DNA from: Orbicella franksi
Lineage: Eukaryota
Direction: 5' to 3'
Length of the DNA: 64,000 nucleotides
Assembly (NCBI GenBank): GCA_964199315.1
Contig: OZ116708.1
Coordinates: forward strand, 9,548,001-9,612,000
The position numbers and the translations under genes were made by a program. Below the pieces are notes generated by a model. The model had not been told where the DNA came from. It saw only the letters and a program-made list of their open reading frames with translations, and did not search any database. This document shows, in pieces, positions 34,951 to 46,768 of this stretch. Numbering within the stretch: position 1 is the first letter of the stretch; every line of letters begins with the position of its first letter.

Positions 34951-36871
34951 TCACTCTGGCTTTCTTTTGCTAATACCATTCACAACACTTTGTTGATCAC
35001 CATAAACTGGTGTTTTAGCCATCCCATACAAATATGTTGCTAGCATCACCAAACCAGCCCCAGAGACAAATGGCACACTAAGTTTGAAGCTGAATAAATA
35101 AACAGACATTACACAAGAAATCACAATAGCAACTGCTGCCGCAAATCCCTTGAGGATATTATCAGCGTACTTAATGACCACACCCACCAGGAGCCCACCA
35201 AAAGCCTGCATTGCAATAATTGCCCAGACAAGTTTGTGGTATCCAAATAGAACGCCTTTTTCTTTAATCTTGTCTCCGTCGTTTATGTACATGCCAACTG
35301 TGCCAATGATGACGCCAAATGTGGCGAGCTGGAAGTTCCTTGCCCAGAGAGGAGTATGAGTGCCTTTGAGGGTCTTTTCAAAGTAAACACCTGAATGATA
35401 AAAAACAAGGTCGATCACTTGAATGTTCAACAATGTCATATTTATCTCTTGATTAGACTTGAATCACCTCCCTTTGTTAAATACAGCAACAGGTTTGTTG
35501 AGAAAGATTTGAAAAATGGAGAAAAATAAATACAGGTAAAATTGCTATGTGAAACCCAATTCCTGTTAACATCTCACTCCATTAATTATTTTCGCTTGGG
35601 AATCGATAATCTACCAGAAAGCATATCTTACAACTTACTAGTGATGCTGCTCTGCATTAGCATATAGGGCATACAACATACATAACACAGGACACCTATC
35701 AAGCTGACAGGGTTCACACTGTTTTTTTGCCCTAAAAACGTTCAGGACTTTTCAAGGTCATTGTAGGGCACAATTCCAACTTTTCAAGTCTTACAAAGTT
35801 GTTTCATGTTTTTTGGATGTATAATAAATCAGCCTCAATAGCACTCTTCCCACCCTCTGAACCACCAGCCTACATGGTCAAGGCAGCATGAAAGAGGCCT
35901 CTGCAGAGAGGACAGCCACAGTGGTCAGCCCTCAAGAATTGTAAGGGTTACACTTCACAAGCAGTAAAAACACTGTGCACTTGTCTAGTCATTCTCATAA
36001 TGCCAAAAATAATTTCAATGGAGAGCTACATGTAGCTGTTGTGGAATCAGCACTTAAATGGTGATCAGAGTGCTTTTTTAAGCTAACCAAACTGCTAAGT
36101 AAAAACCTGGTTAACCATGACTATTTCCCTTTATTCATGACTGTTCATCACTAGTTGCTGTTCATTAATCACATTTTTAAATGCTCATCTTCCATTTAAA
36201 ATTAACACACACACAATCAACGTTCAACTGACCTGCAAATCCAGAGCACATACTTGAAGCCACAACAGCGCAAAGACCCAACAATCGATTCTGTGTTTGG
36301 GACAAAGGGTTCTGTGTCGGGAGAGTCTCTTCAGGACTCTGTGCCACAGGACCATCAACAGGCTGCAACTGAACCACAGACACACCAACGAACAACATGA
36401 ACAGAGACAGCCACTGAACCTTGCCGATGGACTTCTTCAACATGGCAACTGAGAACAGAGCTGTCATCAGAATCTTCAGCTGATAAGACACCTGTTGAAG
36501 GAAATTACAATAAAAGTATAAACAATACAATGTATTAAGTAAATAGAGGATATTACATGCCCACACATGGATATGAATTTTATCTTCAAGTGTTCAACTC
36601 GATATCTCATGAGTGAGTGCAGCGAAAGAGTGAGATATGGAATTGAACACGAGAAGATAAAATTCGTATCTACAAGCGGGCATGTAATATTGTTTATTAT
36701 ATAAACATAACAATGATGACGTTTTTGACCATTTTCTGAAGATGTCCGATCACTTTCCGAAGATTTCTGAAGATTTTCCAAAATTGTTCCGAAAGGCCAG
36801 ACGAACACTTCTGAACATTTTACAAACATTAAAAACTATAAAACTATAAAAAGTGCAATATAAATTAATAA

Positions 36872-36938
<67 letters not shown>

Positions 36939-39900
36939 TGTTCTTTATAATTTTATTTGAGAAACTTCTGGTGATACAAATAAGATCCTACAAGAACTTC
37001 AAATTAACGATACAGCCATCAGACTGTAATGTAAGGTTTGTGAGATTGGTCACATGACTTGAGACCATATATTAAATCAAATTTACAATACTACAGTTAA
37101 AGTAATGTTGTGGTACATGTACTTTGTAATAAATTGCAGCACAATTTACTGTCAGACAGTTAGGTAAAGTAATATAATCCATTAGTCCTGTTTTCATTCA
37201 AGTAAAAGTAATCAGTTTTTCATAACTGCACTACACAATTGGTTTAGCAAAACTTGCACCAATTTTTCATTCAATCAGCAATAAAACCAAAACCAATCAT
37301 GACTCAATCACACATGTTGTCCTGCACTTCACATCAACAGCTACATGTATTTACTTAAAACTGAGTTTTGATTGGTTCACTGTATTCTGTGTCCTTTATG
37401 ATTTGCTAGCGTGATTACTTGGTTTTGGTTTTACGACACTCAGTTGATAACCGCTCTACATGCAAGTAAATGCAGACGCCGTAAACAACAGTAACTATAT
37501 AGTAGGTACTGTGTGTCCTGGAAAAGAGTTTTCAAAATTGAAGGCACCTTGGTGTCTGGCTGGACTTAAGTACATCCAATTTTGGAATATAGTTGTCAGG
37601 TCTGAAATCCATATTTAGTGAAACACATTAAAAGTATAGACTGAGTCGATACAGAGGCGAGCCACTCAAGTCATTTGTGGATCAGAGAAAGAATATCTGG
37701 AGAGAATTGGGGTCCTGAAATGGCTTTCGTTTGAGTTACGAAGGAAGTTTATCTGCTTGGTGCAGATGTACAAGATTATTTTCGGACACTGGGACATAGA
37801 TCCTCATATGTTTTTTGATTTTAATGTATTAGCGAAAATGCATAGGAGCCATAATTTTAAGATAAGACCAAAGAAGACAGGTACAAATTACTTTAAATAT
37901 TCATTTTTTTTTTTTTTAATCGCTACATAGCTGACTGGAACGATATTCCATCGAACATTATGCATGCACCTTCATTAAGCAGTTTTAAATTCTATCTATT
38001 AGATCATTTGTGTCAATTTTAAATCATGTGTAACTCGTGAGTGACATGTATGCAATTTAATTAGGTTAGCTTTGAGCCGTATTTAAATCTTATTTCATAA
38101 TTTTTAGTGTCAAATTAGTTTAGTATGCAATATAATTAGGCTAGTTTTGGGCCGCACTTAAATTTTACATTTCACTTCTTAATTTTTTTTGGAATGTTTA
38201 ATATCAGAGAATATTCTTTGTATGGGGATTTAGTTTCCCCCAATCATTCTCCAGACTGTCATGTACTTTTGCAATTTCTGTGATTTATTTACTTGTACTA
38301 GCATGACAAAGTATTATTAAACTTAAACTTAAACTTAAACTTATAATTGTACATGTATGTACAATAATGAATCAAGTTTGATGTTGAAAGACGAATACAA
38401 ACTAATTAATACTGGTCTCACAAGCAGAGCAATTCAAGATTATTTTGTGGGCATAATGGTTTCTATTCTGCTACCTGTCACTTGCCCACAGCTGCAACCA
38501 AAACAGAATACTACTTAGTAACATTTTCACAAGAAAACGACAACAACATCAACTCACGTTCGCACCTTGTCCATGTGAACAACTACAAGTACAAACTGTT
38601 ATGCCACAGATTAAGACTTTGTTCCCACTTTCAAATGAGAAAGCATTGGTTTCTTTCTGGCCTTTGTGGTACTAGTGCTTTCGCTATGAAATGTGACCAT
38701 TACCAGCTGTACATGTATTTTCTTAACCTACGTTAAATCTGAGTTCAGTTACTGGCCCCACAAGGAAATCCGTCCGCATTTGCAGGCTCATGTACTTAAC
38801 AAGCAGGAAGTGAACAAATAATTTCTGGCTGATGAGGAGCAGTCCTCTGAAAGCAGTATTACTATTACAATACATGTAAGAGTACTTTATCAAAGGGAAG
38901 AACGAAAAAGAGAATGAAAGGATGAAAGTTGTGTCAAGCAACATACCCAAGAACTGTTCTAAAAAAGGAAATTCACAGAAAACTGCCACAATCTATACTG
39001 AAAATGTACTCGGCTTTGCCATGTTATCAGTTAATGACTACAGTTGTTTTCAAATGCAATTACTCCAAAAATCATGTCATATAATTAAATTTATGTTTGG
39101 CAATAATTTCATTTAATATATGTAATTTAAGTGTTGATTTTAGCAATAAAGAATGGTTAGATTTTGGTATATCAAATCAATCAAATTTAAGGAGATTGAA
39201 GGTTATAAAATTAATACATGCAGTAAAAATCCCAACTGGTGGGAGGCTGACCAGTGGGCTATTTATAAAGAATGAAGTCCTAAGACCACCAAACACAGAT
39301 CCATCTAGTGGCAGGGACGACGATTTCAGCTCAATACCTCCAGATCACAAATCCGACACCCTCAACCCCTAAGCCACACTTTTTCGCTATGCCTCCCAAG
39401 GCATGCACAAAGACTGACTTACATTAAGTACGTGTAACACTTCTGGTTCTGGAATGAATGAGCTGAACCAATAATACTGGTCACGAATGTACCTGATACG
39501 TTGCAGCATCCAAATTGGAAACAGCTACATACAGCAGGTTATTTTGAACAGTGTAAATGCAAGCAGGTACAAGCATCTTGACCATATCTAGAGGGTGACC
39601 AATTGTGATAGAGTATAAGAACTTGAGCCACTCAGCTACACTTTGTTTCTCGCCCAGTAAAACAACCATTGACGAAAAAACCTTAACAATCTCTGTGATC
39701 ATCACTGCTGTACTGGCAAAGTACATGTCTCCTGGCAGTGTCCGTGTGTATCGCATTGTTAGAATGAGTGATGCATTCTGGACTGTGAGGATGATAAGGC
39801 TCCATGCCTTAATGCCAAGTTGGCCACCTGCTTTTAATTTTTTGAAAAAACAAAACAAAACAAAACAAATAGAATAAAATAGAAATCTGTAAATTTTCAG

Positions 39901-42900
39901 AAACTACATATAACATCTCTACAAAATACTGATGTTTATAATCCATCAAATATTTTCGCTCGCATGTGATTGGTCTAAATTCATGCATCACATGAGTGAA
40001 TAATTGCTCCAGTTAAAACAAGGGAACACCTGACTGATATTTCTCAATTTTTGTGTCAAGATAAATATTTGAAGGATAATAAACACAATGGCCAACATTT
40101 GGCACAAAAACATGCTTGGATATTCATCCTTGGACATTCCCTGTTCCTCAAAGCTCACAGTTTTCCTTAAGCTATGCTCTCGGACAACAGTTTGCTTCTC
40201 TGAACAGATAATGCCCACAGAAAAATATCTGAGCATATTTTCGCACCAAATGGACGCTGTTGTTTATACAGTGTATAACAATGCACAATTAGATTTATTT
40301 AGCAATCATTTAAATAGGATGTGTCAAAAACGAAGACCCAAAAACGAAGACCGAAGACCTAAGACCCTGTGGTCTAAAACGAAGACCCACCGGTCTAAAA
40401 CAAAGACCCACCGGTCTCAAACAAAGACCCACTGGTCTAAAACAAAGACCCACTGGTCTAAAACAAAGACCCACTGGTCTAAAACGAAGACCCACTGGTC
40501 TAAAACGAAGACCCACTGGTCTAAAACGAAGACCCACTGGTTTAAAACGGAGACCCACTGGTCTAAAACGAAGACCCACTGGTCTAAAACGAAGACCCAC
40601 CGGTCTAAAATGAAGACCCACTGGTCTAAAACGAAGACCCACCGGTCTAAAACCTTTTTTTTCTTCAGGAAAGACTATACACTAGGCTAAATTGCTTTCG
40701 TTTTTGTAGCGCATAAATTAAAATGTCATCTGAGCACGCGGCAAACTTGACAGTTGCTTTATCTCATTCGGTACAACGTGTCAAATTGTGTAACGCAGTG
40801 AAATTCCAACAGTATAGAAATATACATTTTAGTGACGATTTTAGTATAATTTGTCATCACCAATATTCTGTTTTTCAGATGCATATGAGCAAATTATGAT
40901 GAGGTGACTTCATTACTTTGCTTTACTGTACTTATCATATAAAGGCGCAAAGGTCCACTGTGCGTGACTCGCAAATTTATTCACCACGTGCTACAAGAAT
41001 TTGATTTTCCCAGGAAAATTACGTTATCACTCTCACATTCTTCAGGGAAATACTATACACTACAATCTTGGACAAAATAGTAAATGGAACACCTGGACCA
41101 CCCCTCCCCCTCCCTCCCTCCATTTCATTGATGCCAAAATGGCGCGTTTTTGCTCCATCGCGCCTTCATCATTGCTTTGGGGGGGGAAGGGGGTTAATTG
41201 TTCCTTTTTATTCTGTCGAAGATTGTAGGCTAAATTGCTGTCATTTTTGTAGCTCATAAATTAAAATGTCATCTGAGCGCGCGACAAACTTGATAGATAA
41301 TTTATCTCAATCGGTACAATGTGTCAAATTGTGTAACGCAATTAAATTCCAACAGAAAAAAAATATACATTTTAGTGACGATTTTGTTTCGTCACCAATA
41401 TTTGTAATTTATGATATATTGGCCAAGTGTAAAAACAAACAACAGTTACAGAACTGTTGCGGTTTTGATATATGTCAAAAGTGTCATACACCAAACTTGA
41501 AAATTTCATTTTAGTCTCATCATACAAACAAAAAATCTTATTACTTTGACTTTTTACAAAACAGGCTCTTAAATTTGAAACGTATATTTCTATACTGTTG
41601 AAATTTAATTGCGTTACAAAATTTGACACGCGTTGTACCGGCTGAGATAAAGTAACTGTCAAGTTTGTCGCGCGCTCAGATGACATTTAATTTATGCGCT
41701 ACAGAAGTGAGGGATGCATGTGAGAGTGATAACGTAATTTTCCTGGGAAAATCAAATTCTTGTAGCACGTGGTGAATAAATTTGCGAGTCACACACAGTG
41801 GACCTTTGCGCCTTTATATGATAAGTACAGTAAAGCAAAGTAATGAAGTCACCTCATCATAATTTGCTCATATGCATTTGAAAAATAGAATATTGGTGAT
41901 GACAAATTATACTAAAATCGTCACTAAAACGTATATTTCTATACTGTTGGAATTTCACTGCGTTACACAATTTGACACGTTGTACCAACTGAGACAAAGC
42001 AACTGTCAAGTTTGCCGCACGCTCAGATGACATTTTAATTTATGCGTTACAAAAACGAAAGTAATATAGCCTAGTGTATAGTCTTTCCTGAAGAAAAAAA
42101 GGTTTTAGACCGGTGGGTCTTCGTTTTAGACCGGTGGGTCTTCGTTTTAGACCAGTGGGTCTTCGTTTTAGACCGGTGAGTCTTCGTTTTAGTCCAGTGG
42201 GTCTTCGTTTTAGACCAGTGGGTCTTCGTTTTAGACCACAGGGTCTTCGTTTTAGACCAGTGGGTCTTCGTTTTTAGACCGGTGGGTCTTCGTTTTAGAC
42301 CGGTGGGTCTTCGTTTTAGACCACAGGGTCTTAGGTCTTCAGTCTTCGTTTTAGGGTCTTCGTTTTCGACACATCCCATTTAAATGAGAAATAAATAATG
42401 ACTAAATTTATTAACTTAAAGGACATTGTATTAAGGCACAATAACTCAACATTTTGTCTCCCTGGGGCTATTTACACGTGTACAAAAGTAGCTAAAGAGG
42501 CAAGAGAGTAGATTTTACAAGTGTATGCTACAAAGCTCGGCTTGGGAATTGAACTGTTAGGGACGATTTTAGTCGACCATGAACTGCGAGCTGGTTCCGA
42601 TTTCGCAGGATGCATACAAATATATTAAGCCAAAGATCTTTATAAACAGGTGGTTGTTACATTTGATTGGAATACACGAACATGTGGTAAGAAAATTCCC
42701 GAACTGATCTCTGAGTCCTGAGGCTTACCGTACCGGCAAAAAAAGAAAAACAACTTGCGATGCCGGCAAAACGAATATCGATAATAATTTTCACTGATAT
42801 TTGACTTCATAAAATGATACAATATATTGAAAATACGTCAATGCAATGAAAAAACATCAAAACAGAAGTTAGATTTAAATTGAAAAAAAAAAACAAAAGC

Positions 42901-42954
42901 AGATTCTTTTAAAAACACAAAGGACCCTCTATTTGTCGACTTACCGGCCGCCAT
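34951..42954 (-). CDS. SLC35A2: UDP-galactose translocator-like nucleotide-sugar transporter (SLC35A family), about 347 aa, 4 coding exons
   Basis: Exons 42945-42954 (ATGGCGGCCG|gtaag), 39493-39827, 36233-36491 and 34951-35390, all GT-AG and in phase. Motifs [52 protein letters not shown] and QAFGGLLVGVVIKYADNILKGFA. Confidence 0.9.
36872..36936. repeat. (ATC/ATT)n microsatellite
   Basis: attatcattatc... followed by (tat)n. Confidence 0.9.
37850..38345 (+). mobile_element. 3' end of a CR1/Jockey-like LINE ending in (AAACTT)n
   Basis: FKIRPKKTGTNYFKYSFF/NRYIADWNDIPSNIMHAPSLSSFK, then a 3' UTR and a tandem AAACTT tail. Confidence 0.6.
40316..42377. mobile_element. Foldback-like element (about 2.06 kb) with about 700-bp inverted arms containing a 21-bp tandem array, in SLC35A2 intron 1
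   Basis: Arms at about 40316-41046 and 41722-42377 are reverse complements. The (GGTCTAAAACGAAGACCCACY)n array is present in both arms. Flanked by ATTTAAAT or CATTTAAAT (8-9-bp TSD). Confidence 0.85.
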
Positions 42955-43292
42955 CTTGAAAAGATTCAGAAAGTGATGAATGCCGGGAAATATTTTTCCT
43001 AGCGAATACCGCTGGATTAAGCGGCGCCTGCGGATCACATGATGAAACGGGGATGACAATACACGCTAGAAATATTGAGCTAAAAGGAGGGAGACATTAA
43101 GATATTTATATTGCATTGCTAGCTTACTGAAGTAGCTCAGTAAATCTTTCAAGTGTACAAATGAGTACTCGAGCGTTATTTTCAAGTACAACGCTGTCAG
43201 CGAATTCCAACGCGAACCGGAAATGGGATCCTAGCAATGTTGAGCAAGGCACCTACTGCGCATTTTCAGCTCCTGGTGAAAATCTTACATCC
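42955..43292. promoter_or_regulatory. Candidate bidirectional promoter between the two SLC35A genes
   Basis: The two start codons are only 338 bp apart. Contains AAGATGGCGG (minus strand) and CCGGAAAT motifs and is CpG-enriched relative to its flanks. Confidence 0.55.
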
Positions 43293-46200
43293 ATGAAGCA
43301 AAACTCACGAAATCATGTCCAAGAAAAAGATAAAGGTAGGTTTAGGAATGTTATATCAGCTTAATTAATCTTAAGGTGTATGCAGTTTCCGTCCGCCACG
43401 TCACCGAATCCTGTTACGTTCAGTTCAAATGGCGCATAAACATACAGTAAGCTTACAGTACATATATTTTGATGCAAATTTACAATTGTACACCTATAAA
43501 TTTTTCACGATTTTACATGTAACTGAAAGAAATCGCTGGTTCTCGGGTTTGAGAAGGTCAGTGGTGCGTATAGTACCTGGTGTTTTCCCCAAAGAAGAAG
43601 ATTGCCGGCCTCTTCGTTCATTTCATTTCCCTCCCAATTTTCTGATCGCTGTATCATTTGATGTGGCGATCACATGAATTGCGAAATACGAAATCCACCC
43701 ACCCCGGGAATTTCTGTTGTTTAATTTACGGTTGATCAAGTGCCCATCCTCCAGGCGAAAAAATTAGGGTTTTCAAATGTTTTACCTTATATTGGGCCGG
43801 GTCATACAGTAGGCTTAAAAATATAATTTTAAAATATAGCCAGGCGATCAAATCCCCCTTCCCCTAGTAGCAGAAATAAGAAATGGAACAAAATATATCA
43901 AGAATGATAATAAGCATCTTTGAACACCCACATTTAACTCCCACAGTATCACAAGTTTTTTTGCTATATATTATTAAAATATACAGTAAAGGTGATGATT
44001 TTTTGTGTGATGTGATGTGAAATTTGATACCACTGAGGCATATAAAATCAATGGATGATGGTAGACTTAAAGGGACACAGTCAGCTTTGGGACTGCACTG
44101 ACCTGGACACTAGTTTTTCTCACTTCAAATGAAAAAAGTTCACCTCAACTTGAAATCAAAGTACATGTAGAAATCTGCTTCAGTCTTTGCAGTATTTTGC
44201 TTGATTTTGAATCATTTACTGAAAAACCTGGTTTTGAGTGTGCTTTAGCTCATCCTGTGATATTATCTTTATCATATTTGGTTGAAAACAGTATGGATCG
44301 CGTCTTTGTAATGTGCAAATTAGCTACAAAATGGTATCTAATACACATGTGCGCCAGCTGACTGTGTCCCTTTAATAGTGGCCTGGGTAACTCTGCAATG
44401 GCCTCAGATGTACATTGTACAGTGCCAAATGGAAAAACTTACATTACTGCTTTCATGATTGCATTTCAGAAACTACACCATTTACTTCTTCAGCATTATT
44501 TAGGACCATCATATTTGTTGTCCTAACACTCCAGGCGACATGTTACTTTTCACTGCTTCGCTACTCTAGAACAAGACCAAACAAAATGTATTTCTCCTCT
44601 ACTGCTGTGTTCCTAGCAGAAGTTGTCAAGCTCTTGGTAACACTGGTGGTGATTTTTTTTCAGTGTGGAAATCTAAGAGACTTTGTTTTATTTCTTATCA
44701 ACAATTTGTTCACAAATCCTATGGCTACTATCAAGCTCTCTGTTCCATCTGTGTTATACGTCATACAGAATAACCTTGTTTATGTTGCAATGACGCATCT
44801 GGAATCAACAACTTTTCAGGTGTGTGGTTCATTTTGATTTTTTTTTTCCTCAGGTTTGTTTGTTTTTGTGGAACAGTTGTAAGTTGCTTTATCTGCCAGT
44901 GTCAGCACACCAGCACACATAAGGCTTACAGCTAAGTTTGAAGAGTGGGCATCCAAAAGTTTCCTCGGGGCCTACGGCACTACCCTCCTAGAGTCTTTAG
45001 CATTGGGCAAAATGTATTTAAGCATATAACGTGTATTTTTATAGCTTTGAATCTGTAGCAAATAGGAATCCATGGGATACCTGGCACCCATCTAAATGAA
45101 ATCCTGCTGAAGGTAGAATTTCTTTCTGACCCAGAAAATAACTTTTTTTTAGTGTTTGAACTGACAAGAAAGACATTTTTGATTTACAATGTTGTCATGA
45201 CAGTTTTGTCATAGAGATTCTGACTGTGAGCCTTGTAGAAGTTTTTGTGTAAAAAAATCTTATTAAGGAGTCTCTTAATACTGCTGTTTGTGATATATGT
45301 GTCCGTACCAGTTGTAAACTGTGATACGGGTCTGAGTCATGATCACTTTTCTTAATCAAAGCACTTTGCTGTTCATCAGTTCTAGATCTACTTGTACAGT
45401 GCAGTTATTTCATATTCCCTTACAAGTCATTTTTAAAGCAGTTTAATCTATCTACTAGGTATATTGCCTAGCAACCTGTGGAGGGCATAAAAAGAGTCTG
45501 GGAAAAAGTCAATGTATATTGTTCCTAGTTCAGTCATGGCATTTTGAGTTATCTTGGCCATGTACAAAATAACTTTTGAATTGAAGGAAACCTGAAAATT
45601 AGTCGTTCGCTCAGATAGAAAAACACCATTTGAAGAGATAATAATAAACCATAAAGGAACAAGGATGGTTAAGGATGGAGAAGATTAACATGGATTACCA
45701 ATGACAAACTTGAAAATTTGCCAGCTTAACTATTCAAGACAGGCAAACCATGAGGTATTCCTTAAGATACTTAAAGGTGTGCATTGTACATGTACATTAT
45801 GTATAATTGTGTAACTTTATGAAGTCAGAAAACCTCTAATAAGAAAAGATTTCAAAAAATATTTAAGCTTTAAGATTAATGAAAATTGAGCAACATGGTG
45901 TTTTGACAACTTCATGTCATCATTGTCAAATTATGAATAAATTACAAATAACGGCAGGGCATATTTATAGCTGGAAATAAGGATGTGAGGAAACAAGTAA
46001 TTAGAAAAGGTGACATGAAAGCATTCACAGTGTTTTAACATGAAATTATCTTATTTAAAAAGTGTTTAGACTACATATGCAGTACACTGTATATAGTGCA
46101 CCACTTAAATCAATTACTAACAGTTTCAATTTTTATATCTTTTTCAGATCACCAACCAGCTTAAAATCCTTACCACTGCAATCTTCTCCATTGCTTTGCT

Positions 46201-46768
46201 CAACAAACAGCTAACAAGAATAAAATGGGTGTCTTTGATTCTTTTATCTGTGGGTGTCACCATGGTTCAAATTGATTCACACACTTCAGTAACCACAAGT
46301 TTACTAACAGACAGTGATAATACAAAAAAAGAACAATCTGTGCCTCTTGGTATGACTGCAGTTCTTGCCGCTTCCTTAGTGTCGGGATTTGCGGGTGTTT
46401 ACATGGAGAAAATCTTCAAGAAACAGAGAAGGACTTCATTTTGGATCTCAAATGCCCAACTGTACACTTTTGGAATGTTTTTAGGGTTAATAGGTGTCAT
46501 TTACCAAGATGGGGTTGAAATTTCTAGGATGGGATTCTTTTATGGATATGACATTGTAGTTTGTCTGGTTATACTGTTTGCATCTGCTGGTGGTATTATT
46601 GTCTCACTAATCTTAAAGTATGCCTCATGTATAACTAAAGGATTTGCGACATCTTGCGCCATTGTTCTATCTAGTATTATTTCAGTGTATTTATTTGATT
46701 TTGTTCCAAGTGTTTTGTTTGTTGCGGGTGCTTTATCTGTTATTGCTGCAGTTTTGCTGTACAGTTAA
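43293..46768 (+). CDS. Diverged SLC35A-family nucleotide-sugar transporter (SLC35A2/A3-like), about 337 aa, 3 coding exons
   Basis: Exons 43293-43335, 44470-44819 and 46148-46768 are in phase with GT-AG boundaries. Motifs RYSRT..YFSSTAVFLAEVVK, IQNNLVYVA..LESTTFQ|ITNQLKILTTAIFS, FAGVYMEK and GFFYGYD. Confidence 0.88.
44071..44371. mobile_element. Kolobok-type MITE in intron 1 of the + strand transporter
   Basis: TTAA-AGGGACACAGTCAGC ... GCTGACTGTGTCCCT-TTAA. Confidence 0.8.

Noticed and set aside
40370-40650. CRISPR-like appearance of the 21-bp array (also considered for the 72-bp and 370-bp arrays)
   Set aside because: The units are contiguous with no unique spacers, there are no cas genes, and the context is eukaryotic.
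40088-42379. ORFs with KTKTHWS or RPVGLRF repeats
   Set aside because: They are translations of the 21-bp tandem array in the foldback element, mirrored in both arms and intronic to SLC35A2.
43161-43292. Upstream in-frame ATG extending the + strand transporter by 44 aa
   Set aside because: It cannot be excluded, but the extension lies in the short bidirectional promoter and shows no family similarity. ATG 43293 gives the typical family length.
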